56,264 bases of DNA, taken from positions 1 through 56,264 of the forward strand of contig JAVECO010000157.1 in the NCBI GenBank assembly GCA_051942205.1. The letters run 5' to 3'. A program made the position numbers and the translations under genes. Below the pieces are notes generated by a model. It searched no databases. It worked only from the letters and a program-made list of their open reading frames with translations, and had not been told where the DNA came from. Of the stretch, positions 1 through 12,740 are shown one piece after another. The first letter of the stretch is position 1. Every line of letters begins with the position of its first letter. This DNA is from Coniocarpon cinnabarinum (Eukaryota).

Positions 1-21
1 TCCTCCTCCTCCTCCTCCTCA

Positions 22-2140
22 TCAATAAGCCGCCGCCACATGATCATTCATATACTTCCGAATATCCCCCAAGAACGCCGCACAAATAATGCTCACGCCC
101 CCAAACGCCAGAGAAACATAATACACGTATTTATACGCGTACGCGAACGTCTCCTGTCCCGCGGCGACAATCACCTCGTAAGCCCCTTCACTCTGGACAC
201 CGGGTAATTGCCGAATCGCGGGCAATAGTCCCGCTGCTGTCAGTTCCACGATCTGCACGACTGTTTCTTTGAGGGTTTCCTGCGGATTTGGGACCCCTGT
301 GGGATCGAGCACTTTCATGGCTGCTGGGACGAGGAATTGAGTCTGGGCGGCTGAGACGAATTTGTTGTAGAAGACGTTGTAGTAGATTGCGTAGCCGATT
401 GCGCCGCCGATGACGCGAATCGCTAAAGTCAATGCTGTGACCGTTGCGATGAGATCGTCGGGACAGACGATGTTGGAGATGATGGCAGCGGGAACGACGA
501 TCCCGCCGATGCCAAATCCCGCAATCGTAATGACGACGTAGACGAGCCAGAGGTTGTCGGTTCGCAGGGCAGCCATGCCACCTGTCCCCGCCGTCATGAG
601 GACACAACTAAACAGCAATAACTCCCTAATTCGTCCCTTAGTGAAGGAGAGTAAAGCGAGAATGATGCAGGCGCCTGCGAGGATCGAGAAACCAAGAGAT
701 AAATTCCGCACGCCGACGGCGACGGGGTCGTGGCCGTAGACGTTGTAGCTTTGGGTCGGCCAGAAGAGGATGATGCTGAAGAAGCTGGCGCCGCTTATGG
801 CGGTGATGACGAGGGTTAGGGTCAGTGTTCGGGATTCCTGGCGGAGGCGCGAGGGGAACATGGGATAGGTTGCGTATTTGGATTCCCAGAGGAAGAAGCA
901 CAAGATGAGGATGGCGCCGAGGATGAGCGTTGTGAGGACGTGGGAACTGGTCCAGGGGTAGTTGTAGCCGCCCCATTGGAGGCCCATCTATTGCTGTGTT
1001 AGTCCGAAGATTTCACTGATGCTTGAAGCCTGGGCAAAGGCTTGGATAAGATCGAAGGATCATTGAGGGATGGATGGCTGGACGGAGCAGGTGAGGACAT
1101 ACCATGAACAGCAACATCCCCCCAACCGACAAAATCCCACCCACATAATCAATCCGCCCCAAGATCTCTCGTCGGCTCAATCCCACGCTATTCTGTCTGG
1201 GCGGGGGATGATAAAACAAAACCGTCAACACCAGCCCCACAAAAGCCCAAAGCCCGCACCACAACCCAATAAACCTCCAACTACTCCTACTCGCCACAAG
1301 CTGTCCCCAAAGCTGACTCGGACAGAACGGCACAATCGTCAAAATCATGAGAGAGTTGTAAACGCCTCTCTTTCTGGTGGGCGCGATTTCCGAAGTGACG
1401 GCCAACGCGGTTAATTCGTTGATCCCAGCGCCGATGCCGCTGAGGGCCATGCCACCTATGAAGACGTTCATGCTGTGCGCGGTGCTGGCGACGATCATGC
1501 CGAGGATGAGGAAGCTGGCGCCGATGAGGGCGACGTAGCGCCTTCCAAACAGGTCGCTGAGGGAGCCGACGAAGGGGCAGATGGATGCTAAGGCGAGGAG
1601 ATTGCCGAGGACGAACCAGGTCCAGCGGTCGGCGCCGCCGAGGTCTTGGTAGACTTTTTGGTCTTGCGTTAGTTAGGGGACTTGGGGTCGACCGACCATT
1701 TGAGGGAGGGATGAGTCGCTTAAAGGAAGAGTGGATGGTCCAAGGGGCAAGCCGGGGGTTCTTGGGACAAGGGGATGGTTTGGGGATGATTCTTTGGGGA
1801 AAGGAAAGTGAAGAGCAGGGAAAACAATTTTGGGAAGTGAGTATGAGGCAAGTACGCACTGTAGGGTGGAATGGCGCCGAAGAGGTAGAGAGGAATTTGA
1901 GAGCCTGTCCAGAGAAAGGCCATAGCAACGAGAGGCATGAACCGATGAATCGTCATCTACGCACATCAGCCATGCTTCAAACATGATCAAACCAAGACTT
2001 ACGGGAGGATCTTGCTCGGTCGATTGATTCTCAAGGCCCTTCTCAGCGACACGAATATCCAGCGTCGGCGAGGACACCGCAGAGTCCACACGCATGACAT
2101 CCTCGGTGATGGTATCTTTCGTCTTCGCATCGTCCGCCAT
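22..2140 (-). CDS. MFS drug/H+ antiporter, fungal trichothecene efflux pump (TRI12)-like; 4 exons (introns ~1957-2002, 1655-1859, 988-1102)
   Basis: The ORF pieces join through GT-AG introns into MADDAKTK...MAFLWTGSQIPLYLFGAIPPY-IYQDLGGADRWTW...GSLSDLFGRRY...GLQWGGYNYPWTS. It has many TM segments and the MFS motif A-like GSLSDLFGRR. Confidence 0.85.
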
Positions 2141-3167
2141 AATGACCCAAACGCTCTCGAATACTCACACAGATACTCTACTGGGCACTCAGAGCAGAGC
2201 ACGACGGGTGTGGCATATCTCAGTCAAACGAAGGACCGGCTGGATCTTGTACCCCAAGATCAAGCCACGCAGACCCTCGCTTTAACCGGGTCCAGACTCA
2301 AGCTGCATGCACGCGAAACCGCACGTTGCAGCGACATCCGACTGACAGCGCAAGCGAAGTGACATCCAGGCACCACAAAAGCCGACTACTCGGCACAACC
2401 AATGGACCCCAAAACCGCACTCGTTTCGCAGAAACGCTCCAGCCATGACTCGATAAGCCCATGTACCAGTTGCTAGCCCTGGAAACAGAAGGCGAGCAGC
2501 GAGCGGTGCATGCACTTGGCAAATACAAGCAAAGTGGGTCGCGGGGTAGCGCGAGTGTGCATGCTGGTTGCTTTGTATTTTTTCGCTGTTTGAGGCTTGA
2601 GATTGGGAGAGTGGTACATTTGGGACTTGGAAGCTGTCGAGACCGGGTAGAGGGGTTTGTCGCGGAGTCAGATGGTGCAGCTTGCATCCTTACCCGAGGT
2701 AAAGCTTATCAGGCATTGCAAGGGTTTGGATTGCCATGGAGTTTAGTGAGGGCCAGAGTGCAATACCTAGCAGTATGTCCACTGAATTGACGGGAGTGAT
2801 GAGTGGGTGCAACAAGAGGTCTGTTTTTTGAGTAACGCGGAAACGTGCGAGCGTTCACTAGATGTTGAAGCAGGGCATCATTGGCGAAGTGTGTCTGCTG
2901 TGGGGTACATTCTCACTGTTAGAACGGCAAATTAAGTGCCTTGCGGTTGTCATCGTGTGGTGTCACTGGTGAAACAATGCAGACCAAGAAATTTTGAGCA
3001 AAAAACTATCACGTGATATGCACCGCACTGCAGGCATGTTGTCAGCACTGAGACATGAAGCTTCGAAAAGAAGATGAAAGAGTTGTGAGTGTGTAAAGTG
3101 ATGCCATTGAAGGAAATGATGCTATCCAAGAAAATGCCACAAATGCTGCAAATGTACAGATAAGCGC

Positions 3168-4578
3168 CTAAAAAGCAGGGTTCGCGTTCTTCAAGAGCTG
3201 CTCGAAGTATGCCTAGTTGTTGGTCAGCGCCGGTCAAGAAGCCGAACGATGCCAAGAAACTCACCTCGAACCATGTGCCAGCCTCAGGAGCAGGCTGAAG
3301 AGCATCAGATTGACCACAGTGGAAGTCGTATCGTGCGGCCGATTGGTCGGAGGTACCATCACCCTCACCACCAGGCTTGACCCAGACAAAGGCATCCTCA
3401 AGCGGGTCACCAGTGTTGGTCGTGGGACGGACACCAAATCCAGTGCCGATCAAGTTGCACCAGTCACCCCATGCTTGTTGCTTGGTGGGCTGGGCACCGT
3501 TGCGGCCAGTGTCAGTGATGAAGTGGGCAGGGAAGCCATTTTGAGTCAGAAGAGGTGCAATGGCGTTGACGTAGAGCTTCTCGTCGTAGTTGGCGTTGCC
3601 TTGGGTGTATGAGGGTGCAGTAGCAATGTCCCAGGCGTTGTAGTTGGCGACATTGGTGGCCAATCCACGGACGGAAGATGGTGAGCCTGCAGCCTTGTAG
3701 AGTTGTCCGAAAAGCTGTGCAGCCGGGCCGATGTTGGCAGACCAGCCGAGCCAGCCTGCGTGTCCAGCGTCGAGGTACATGGCCACGTTGGGTGCGTTCA
3801 AAGTCTTCATGGCGTACGTGATACCAGTCTTGTAGGCATCGGCGGCTTCAGTGCACTTGGCGACGTTGAGGTTTGTCACGAGGTTGCCGAGCGAGTCTGG
3901 CTCGATGACCAACGCAATCGATGTCTTGGGGTGCGCCTTGATGATAGCAGCGATGCTGTCGATGTACTTGTAGTAGTTGGCAAGACCGTTGTTGGCAACA
4001 GAGTACTCGCCATTGGAGGCGGCTGCGGCGCAGTCACGGTTGGGCAGGTCGTAAACCACAAAGGCGCCCATAACCTCAGGAGAAGCTCCCTTGGAGTTCA
4101 AGCCCTCGATGTTGGTGAGATATGTGTCCATGGTGGGGACCTTGGCGGCGGTGTCGAGCCAGACAAATGTGCCGGTGTTGGCCACAGCAGAAGCTGCCGC
4201 CTTCTGGGCTCCGGCCAAGGTGGGGATGGCGGATGCTGAGATCTCGGAGGCGTAGTAGGGGTTGGCGTAGATCTGTTTGCCGGTGAATGGGTTACCAACG
4301 ACATTGGTAGCCCCGCCGGTTGGAGCTGGTGCTGGTGCTGCGGAGCTGCTGCCAGTGGGAGCCCGGGTAGATGTCGCTAGTGTAGTGCTTCCTGCTGAGG
4401 ATGATCCAGCCGCTGCACCAGGAAGACATTGGGAGTAGTATTGGCCTTGTGCTTGACAGGTGGAGCCTGCTGGGCAAGTTGTGCCTCCTGTCCACCCTGA
4501 GCCACCGCACTGCCCGTAGAGGGTCTGCGCGTATGCCGGTGCAAGCAGTGCTGCAGCTGCAGCTATTTGTCGATGCAT
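3168..4578 (-). CDS. cbh2: Cellobiohydrolase II (GH6/Cel6A) with signal peptide, CBM1 and S/T/P linker; intron 3213-3264
   Basis: CBM1 [19 protein letters not shown]...YYSQCL; GH6 motifs [33 protein letters not shown], [13 protein letters not shown]. Splicing gives the typical end [14 protein letters not shown]. Confidence 0.95.
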
Positions 4579-6693
4579 GTTGATTCAAGTCCGTATGTCA
4601 GGAGCTCTGTGTCGAAGGGAAGAACGGATTGTGGTGGAAGTTCTTGTTGCTGAGGATGATGAAGTGAGCATCTGGTTTCCGGGTGTCTCTGGAGTATTTT
4701 ATAAGTGAGTTGAACGCCACATCCGGACTGCCAGGTTTCCCTGAATGCATGGATGGCGAATGGCAGAACGGCACCGTAGCACAGTAGACCAGTCGACATC
4801 TGCACGTCGGTCAGTGTTCTTGTTGACACCTTACAAAAGCAGCCCAGCTTAGAATATGAGATGGAGCGTAGTATCACACTCTTTGGGCCCCGTGTAGAGC
4901 GCGTGCATCCACAGAACACCCGCGTAAGGGTCAGAAGCATCCATGATTATTGCGGGATCTAGAGAAGATGAACCCCTGCTAGTGAGGACCTTCAAAAACT
5001 TATCAGGCTTTGATTGAGGCGATGACTCGTAGCGCCCGTCGGTACGAAGAAGAAAGACTAAGGAAAGTCAATTAGATGAGAATGGCTGCTTTGCCTGATG
5101 AAGCGCAAATGCTTTTCTTGCTGCGCATAGTCCAGAGATACGGCTACTGTCCCATGAGAGGGTTGTTCTGAAGAGACATCTGCTGGATTTTTTTGGGAGT
5201 GACCAAGTTGAGCAGTCGAGTCCCATAATCAAGTTACAATCGAAAGCTCTCACAGTCGTTCTCACAAGCTCGATGCACAGCAAGCTGTCAAACGAGCAAA
5301 TCTAATGAAAGGCAACAGGGGTACACCCTGTCAAATCAGTAGCGTTGTGATCACGGGTTGTGGGGTGAGATGCCTGCCCAGAGGTGATCTGCGCTGTCTG
5401 GACCTGCATAGCAGGAAAAAGGACATCTTGGACCCTGCAGATTCCCCGGATTTGCAATGCGAGATGTTAGTAGCCTATGTTGATATAGGCTTTCATTTTG
5501 ACTAGCCTCAAGCGTCAGGTGAGGGCCGTGGTGGAGATCCGGCGTAGCGGATGCAGTTGTCAATACCTTGACGAGGGTCCGCTGTGGCGTCCTTTTGTGC
5601 GACCCTGCAAAGGTACTGTCGTGAGCACACGCTTCGTGCGGCTGCGTGCCGAGTGTCACAATTCGAACGGGTCGAGGCATGGAAAGGGTCGAGAACACAA
5701 TCCAAAAATGGATGAAGGAGCCGAGGAAAGAATGAGAATGAAATCCTTGGCACCACTTGGCAGAGCAATTTGTTATCAAGCAACTCACGTGACGTTGTCA
5801 TACGAGGTTGACTACCTACCACTGGAGTACCTTGACAGATATCATTCCCGACTTCTGCCAGACGTGGCTGAATACTCATCTCAAGCATTGGATGCTGGCG
5901 TGCGGTATAAGCAATGACTTCTCACGCGTTCATAAGCTTGTTCTGAGGAGCCGACTGGCGTATGGAGGCTCAGCTCTGCAGTGCAACGACCACATCTGTC
6001 ACGAGCTCTGACAAGCCGTACAGCAGACAAACGCTGTCGTGCTACCAGTCGAAGCCGAACGTCATTGTGATACCGCCAAGCCAGCGCGTAGTTCGCAACA
6101 TCTTCTAAAAAGTGTTAATGCTCTCATTAACCATTTTCTCGTATCTTGAGGGTGACGTTGAATTCGGGAAGAAATTGGGCATCTTGCGAAGGATCGCCCG
6201 CGATGCATCGTTCTACCAGTTCAGTCCCGATATTCAGCTGGCGCGCGTCGAGACGTCGAGCTGTATGGAACGTGAGAATCCACGTTGTGGTGGCAAGACA
6301 CATGTTCACCGGTCTTCGCTATCCGCCCCTCTCCGTTGGAAACAGGTGGATGTCATCTAGGTTGAGCCGTGATGAACCAGTGATGTGCACAGATGGCGAA
6401 AGCGTTTGCCAAAGGTAAATCTTGGAAAGCGAAGGGAGCTCTGTGACACTCGCCGCCTAGTCGTTTCCTTTGTGTGCTGCGAACATGTTATGTCAGGTGG
6501 TGCGCAAGAGGCTGACCTGTCAGCCTCACTCCGTTTGCTTGTCAGAACAAACGCACGTCGGTCATTGTAAGTCCACAGCGTATCTCGTTTCTCAACATCC
6601 GTCATGCGTTGGTCGTCAAGTATACCTTGTAGGATCTCTCACAAGCTTGTTGTCCATCATCACAAGTCATTATCCTGATAGTGTATAATCATA

Positions 6694-7387
6694 ATGAGTG
6701 AACCGAGATATATGATCGAAAAGGCGAAGGACGAGGGAAGGGCATTAATGGTCCGCGAGGGTCAAGTCGAGCAAGTTACCTCAACTTCCCAGTCACCCGG
6801 TTTTGCAGATCCAAAGTGCCATGCGGACTGACAAGAGTACGATCAGGACTCTCATTCTCGGTGGCAAACTCGATACTATTGGTGCCAACGATCTCGCTGG
6901 ATGTCACTTGGTCTTTGCCGCAAGCAAACACGCGGTCGTCTGCGCCCACATCCTCGAAAGTGGGGAAGCAATTGAAACTTTGCTCCAGAGATTCAAGGAT
7001 AAGTGTGAGGCCCTGCACAATTACGACGGACCAGAGAGCGACGGTGGAAAAGATCTGCTACGCCCAGCTTCCACTTCCACTTACTTACTGCACGGATATA
7101 TCGACGAGCGGAAAGATCCCAGCTATAACCGCAATCTACGCCCTTACCGAGAGGCAATCTGGGCGCGTGTTCGGGCCATGAAGCTTTCAGAGCTGACACC
7201 CAAGCCGTTGGAATTTCAGTACCTTCTTACCAAGAGATATCTCGAGTACGTGGGAAGGCTGAAGGAGGCTGATGAGATTAATGAGGAACCGAAGGATGGG
7301 ACCGCGTTCGTTTATGGCGACGGAAACGCTCAGCCTAGGTTCTATATTGAGGATAAGTTGGTTGCGATAGGAGCCATCAAGGGCTGA
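6694..7387 (+). CDS. Small uncharacterised protein with CheD/CNF1-like Cys-His motif, paralog A; GC-AG intron 6771-6846
   Basis: Exon 1 MSEPRYMIEKAKDEGRALMVREGQV joins in frame to TLILGGKLDTIGANDLAGCHLVFAASKHAVVCAHI. Clear similarity to paralog B in both protein sequence and intron position. Confidence 0.7.
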
Positions 7388-8026
7388 TCGAATGCTGGTC
7401 CTGTTGGTTGTGGAAGTATGGTCGGTCATGCGGCACATGCTGCCAGGACGCACTGTGGAGGACTCTTTCCTTCGTCCCTTCATTAAGATCATTTTTAGTC
7501 CCGGAGGATGTACGATAGTTACTTTCATTTAGACATGAGTTGAATATTCTATGGCTCAGGCTCGAGATCGCCTCTCTTGCCACGACGAACAAAGAAAGAT
7601 GTCATTGGCTAATTGCCCACTGATTGCGCGTGCCATTGTCATCCGTGAGTCGCCGCTTCAAAACATACGCAGCCGCAAAACACCGGCCACGACATGGCAA
7701 ACAAAATCTTTCTTGTCTTCGGAACGGTTGTCAAAGGTTAGGATGGGTTGGCCAGAGACGGTAATATGCCATCCGTGCATGACCGTGTCGTTCATCTTGT
7801 GTAGACATGCTATATCAAGTCGCTGAGACATGTAGGTATCCGTAATTCTCTTTCATCTTCCCATATACATTCATTATACGCTGGTCGTAGCAGCCGCTTG
7901 TTGGCGACCATTCGTTACCTTGTTGCAAAAGCCGTTCTACGCTGGTCGTAGCGACTATCTTAAGCACCCTTTCATTTTCTTGGTGTGGGCATTGTATCAC
8001 GAGATCGTAATAACCGTTCGATTGCG

Positions 8027-8720
8027 ATGAGCAAATCAAGTCAGAAGAGTGACAACAGGTCGATGATTAACAAGGCGGAAGATGAAGATAGGCTAAAGGA
8101 TCTTTCCGAGGGTCAAGTCGAGTAAGTAGCCGCACCCTTTTGGTCGTCACTGACAGACCGAGAGTGCTACACTAGCTAACAAGAGCATGGCTAGTTCCCT
8201 TACCTTCGGAGGACAACAAGATACTCTCGGTGCTGATGGACTCGGTGGCTGCCATCTCGTATTTGCCGCAAGTCAGTCCGCAGCCGTCCTCGCACATGTT
8301 CCATGCAAATATAACGACATCTCTCCCTGGCTCGAAGAATTCGAGAAGAAGTGCAAAGCTCTGCATGATAGCAAGGATGGGGATTTGCTCCCAAAAGGTT
8401 CCACCTACATCTATTTGTTGCATGGGGAGGTGAGCGAGGAGCTGGGCAAGGCCGTCAATGAAGATAGAAAGCCACAATGCGCCGAGATTAGGAGCAGAGT
8501 GACTGCAATGCAACTCTCAGAACATGAGCCTATGACATTCTGGTATCATTTCGACAGGGTATATTTGAATCAGAAGGGCAGGTTTGAGGAGGTGAAACTC
8601 ATAGAGGAGGAGCCACGACACGGAACTGCATCCGTCTATGTCAAGGGGACAGATGAGCCTGAATTCTATGTCGAGGATGAATTTGTTGCAGAAGGGCCTA
8701 ATCAGAAGATCTCACACTAG
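8027..8720 (+). CDS. Small uncharacterised protein with CheD/CNF1-like Cys-His motif, paralog B; GT-AG intron 8122-8194
   Basis: Exon 1 MSKSSQKSDNRSMINKAEDEDRLKDLSEGQV, donor GTAAGT, branch CTAAC, acceptor TAG, then SLTFGGQQDTLGADGLGGCHLVFAASQSAAVLAHV. C-terminus HGTASVYVKGTDEPEFYVEDEFVA aligns with paralog A DGTAFVYGDGNAQPRFYIEDKLVA. Confidence 0.72.
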
Positions 8721-9263
8721 TCGTTGGCGTTGACGTTCCTGTATGAGTAAGAGTGTGAGATAACTAGTATCAACTGTCTGCTGCAGGCCAGTGGCAAGTT
8801 ATTCATTCAATTTATCCGTTTCCACAAACCTTACGTCGACCCTGATCGCACTCGGCCTCTCTCTCTTTTCTTTCGATAGCGCCATCCTTTGAAGTGTTTG
8901 CGACGATCCTCATTCTCGATATTGGCGGCTTACGGCGGCATCTCTAGGCTTTCGCAGAGAGCGATCGACGATCATCGCATTGAAGCGCATACATGTGAAA
9001 CGTGACGATGCTGTGCTGGCTAGGACGCAATTGTATTTACCGACGCCAAGAATCCACGGTCTGAACAGTCTCATGCTCATGGCTCTTCGTGCATTGTTAT
9101 CGCACCGTCGGAGAGATTGCGAAGAGGTTGAAGGCAGGAAGAATAGAAGCTAAGTGAAACCTTGCGCTGCCAATAAATATCACGTGATTATGTAGTCGGT
9201 CGACAGCGAGGCTGCAGATCCATACGAAACCCACTGATATCAAACTCAAGCACAACACCCACA

Positions 9264-10282
9264 ATGTCCGACCTTTCACCCTCTCAATCGCACACTCGCG
9301 ATGACCCAAGATCTTCACACACCCACCACAATGAACCGCCCAGCCAAGACCACTCACACCACCGCCACCGCCGGCATCATCACAACGATCGCAATCGCGA
9401 AGACCGCCCGCACAAACGTCGCAAACTAAGCCCCCCTCGCAAAGCCGCAACGCTTCCCTACGAAGCGCCTTACCTCTCAAAGCGGGATCTTCCCAGCTTC
9501 AAAGGATTGTTCACCAGCTATCTCGATATTCAAAAGCAGAAGGATATCCACGATCTCGACGAGGAGGAGGTGAAGGGGCGATGGAAGAGCTTTTATCACA
9601 AATGGTACATTATATTCTTCCCACACGCGATTGTGGCGTTGTGGTCGCTGATGCTACCAGGAACCATGGAGAACTTGCGAGTGGCTGGTACGACCCCGAC
9701 TTAAAGTCGCGCGTTGATGCGCAAATGAATGCGCAATCACAGCAGCGCAATGAAGATCGCAACGAGTCAGACGCACAATCAGATGAAGACGCAACTGGTC
9801 CCAAGCCTGCACCCAAGACCTTCGCCGATCTCGCAGACGACGACGAAGCCCGCGTAGAAGCCCAACAAGCCCACCGAAACTCCATCCGTGCTGCAAGAAC
9901 CCTTGATCGCAAACAGCAAAAAGAACGCCTCGACGATCTGGCGCCAAAAGCCGAACCAGGAACACGCGAGCGCCAGCTCGAGAAGAAACGGGAGGCCTCC
10001 GATGCTGCGGCTGCGTATCGCGCTGGACGCGAAGGCGGAGGGATGGAAGAAGTCGGCGAGCGCGACCTCATGGGTAATGAAGGCGGCCTGGAAGAGGTGA
10101 AGAGGGCGAGAATGCAGGAGCAAAGGAAGAAGACGGAGCGGGAGCAGCGACGGGAGGAGATCTATGCGGCGAAGCGGGCTGAGAAGGAGGAGAGAATCAA
10201 GGGTGCGCGGGAGAAGGAGGAACGGACAATGGACATGTTCAGGACGTTGGCTAGGGAGAGGTTTGGGCCTGGTGCGGGATGA
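9264..10282 (+). CDS. Conserved nuclear R/E/K-rich protein, probably Style cell-cycle inhibitor 1 (SCI1)-like; intron 9605-9660
   Basis: The two ORFs join through a GT-AG intron into ...GRWKSFYHKW-NHGELASGWYDP..., followed by a charged coiled-coil C-terminus (PKAEPGTRERQLEKK). Confidence 0.7.
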
Positions 10283-11469
10283 CTGGGAATTCATGCTGAA
10301 AGACGATAGCCATGAGGGGATTCGAATCGAATTGCCGTCACACTCGCTGCAGTGATTCAAGTAGACGTAAATCGAGAGATGTGTAGTTCCAGTCGGCTCC
10401 AGTGCGGTGAGAAGCGGTGGAACTCGTCACGTGTTGATCAAACGAGTGCCGTGCTGATCGGAGATTCAAGACGGATGCTGCGTTTCATGCTTGTGTCACT
10501 GTTGCTCGCGAAGCATTGGAATCCGTCCTCAGTTCCGAGAGCCGTAACGCTACCTGAGGCTTTCAAGAGGTCAGAGGTGGGATTGGCAATGTGCCCGTCC
10601 AGACACCCCTGAATACCAGTCCATTTCTTCACGTAACATGAAGATTTGAGCATGGGTCAACTACACTCGAATGGCATCCGCATGCTGTTCCGAGTACACT
10701 GATAGCTGTATTGTAGTGGGGACAGCTTCATTGAATGGGTGATTGAATCTCGGCTTTGTCTGGGTTGTGTTACGCGGGGACTGGACTTGATGCTTGCAGG
10801 CGGTTCGGAATATCTTTTACGCGAGAATGCGAGAACTCGGACATGTCTCAAAGAGATCCGAGACCCTCTTCAGACCACTCGTAACACATGAACATGTTTT
10901 GAGATGTTGCTGGGGATCAACGCAGCGACAAGACGGGCAGTTGAAAAGGGTTGCCAAGGGTAATGAAGAGATGGAAGGGCCAGTCACCAGTGAAGAGAAG
11001 CGCACGGGAGCGTGTGGCTGGACCGGGCTCCGTTTGTTTACGGCGGTGATGCAAGAATGCGCTAGCGCGGCGGGAGGGGGACGCGTGGGGTGGAAGAAAC
11101 GTGGCAGAGTCGTCGGGGTCGTCACCAGGCACTCCCTCACAAAGCTCTCACTGCTGGCGCGCCTCAAGCATCAGGTTTGGTCCACCCCCAGGTCTGCGTG
11201 AGAGCAGGACGTCCGGCGCAGGCACGACGACACAGGCGCATCAACGACGAAAGAGTGCGCGTTCCGGCGGTGCTTTTGCGCGCGCGCGGGCCTGTTGCTC
11301 GTGTCGCTGGGCTCGTAGGCGAGTGCTAGTTTCTTTCGATGCGCAGTTCAGCCAGAGGGTGCTCTTAAGCGGGTTCCCCCCAGCGCTGCTCCCCTCTCTT
11401 ACAATTTCCTCTCAGTCCACTCCCACGCCCGCCTCACATCTGCTCTCTGCCCTTCCTCTCACACAAAAG

Positions 11470-11840
11470 GTATGTCAACGCCCCTCTACTTCATTTTCTA
11501 ACCTCGCCTTTTTCTTTGCGCGTCTTTCCTTTGGGCTCCGGTGTCTCTTCCAGACACACTTGTCCAAAGTAGTCAACAACTTGGTTGTTGCCGCCGGTGT
11601 CGAGACTGGCCATGCGCGCTTTGGTCCTTTCCTCCACCAAAGCTCTCCTATCCTCATCACAACGTCTACCCGCAATTCCTATAATGCATCCACAAGCTAT
11701 GTACTCAGATGGCCTGCTGTCATTGTCAATCGTGCAGAAGCTGCGAACATACCTGCTCGCGATATTGCTGCTCTTTTCAAAGCATATATGCTTGCGCTTT
11801 CCTTCAGGAAGTAACTGACATGAGCGTTCAAGCTTCACAG
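11470..11840 (+). other. Probable 5'-UTR intron of NHP6
   Basis: AAG|GTATGT donor at 11470 after a CT-rich start region, CTGAC branch at 11815-11819 and CAG at 11838-11840, 49 nt before the ATG. Confidence 0.6.
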
Positions 11841-11889
11841 TCGTCTTGACTCTTCACTTCGAAAACAACTCTCCATCGAATCAGCCAGG

Positions 11890-12326
11890 ATGCCTAAGGC
11901 TGCAGCTTCGCGCAAGACCAAAGGCGGCAAAGATGCTGGCCACAAGAAGAAGAAAGGTAGAGTTGTTTTCCATTCGTTGCGTCCAATCATTTCGCTGATC
12001 TAGTCTTCAGACCCCAACGCTCCCAAGCGTGGTCTCTCTGCATACATGTTCTTTGCCAACGAACAGCGTGACAAAGTTCGTGCCGACAATCCCGAGCTGA
12101 AGTTCGGTGAGGTCGGCAAGGTCCTCGGTCAGAAGTGGAAGGAGCTTTCCGAAGCTCAGCGTGCCCCCTACGAGAAGAAGGCCGCTGCTGACAAGAAGCG
12201 GTACGAGGACGAGAAAGCAGCTTGGCTAGCCGTAAGTCCCCTTTTTCCCTGATTTGTTGAGTTCTGAATTTGCTGACGGTCTTTCCTCAGGGCACCGCTG
12301 CCGATGATGATGAGGACGAGGATTGA
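11890..12326 (+). CDS. NHP6: HMG-box non-histone chromosomal protein 6; introns 11957-12010 and 12232-12290
   Basis: Spliced product [68 protein letters not shown]...[11 protein letters not shown]. Confidence 0.95.
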
Positions 12327-12740
12327 ACGCGGATGATGATTTGAAGGTTCTGTTGGATGACGTCGCAGCAATGTGATTGTTGTTCAGAATGAACCAACCT
12401 CTCATTTGTAATTGTGGTCGTAGTCAAGTGCATCTCTCAGCATAGTATGCATCATCCGCAGTGGGAAGCCTCAACGGTCGGTCGCTCTGTTGACGACCTG
12501 CTAATGTCACTTCGCGGCCACGCGCGGAGCCTGGGCGTTTCTGGGAGGATGACTCGTGTACTATTTAGCAGTGTTATGGATCACAATATGATTCATAAAT
12601 TCGATGAAGCATAGGCATGTCCGTGTCGTCCGTGTCGACTTGATCGTTGTCTTGTAAAGCTTCTTATGCGCGGTATTTCGATCATTGAGACTGCAATTTT
12701 GGCTGTGGGCTTAGTGGGATGTCGAGCATCTCTGCTATGG

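Noticed and set aside
5305..6011. Short ORFs upstream of the deamidase-like pair, as a possible third paralog
   Set aside because: No GCHLVFAAS-like motif or shared intron sequence was found.
10314..10330. TTCGAATC B-box-like sequence
   Set aside because: No T-stem pairing or cloverleaf around it.
11101..11814. 237-aa ORF upstream of NHP6
   Set aside because: GTG start, spans the promoter and UTR intron, and the sequence is not protein-like.
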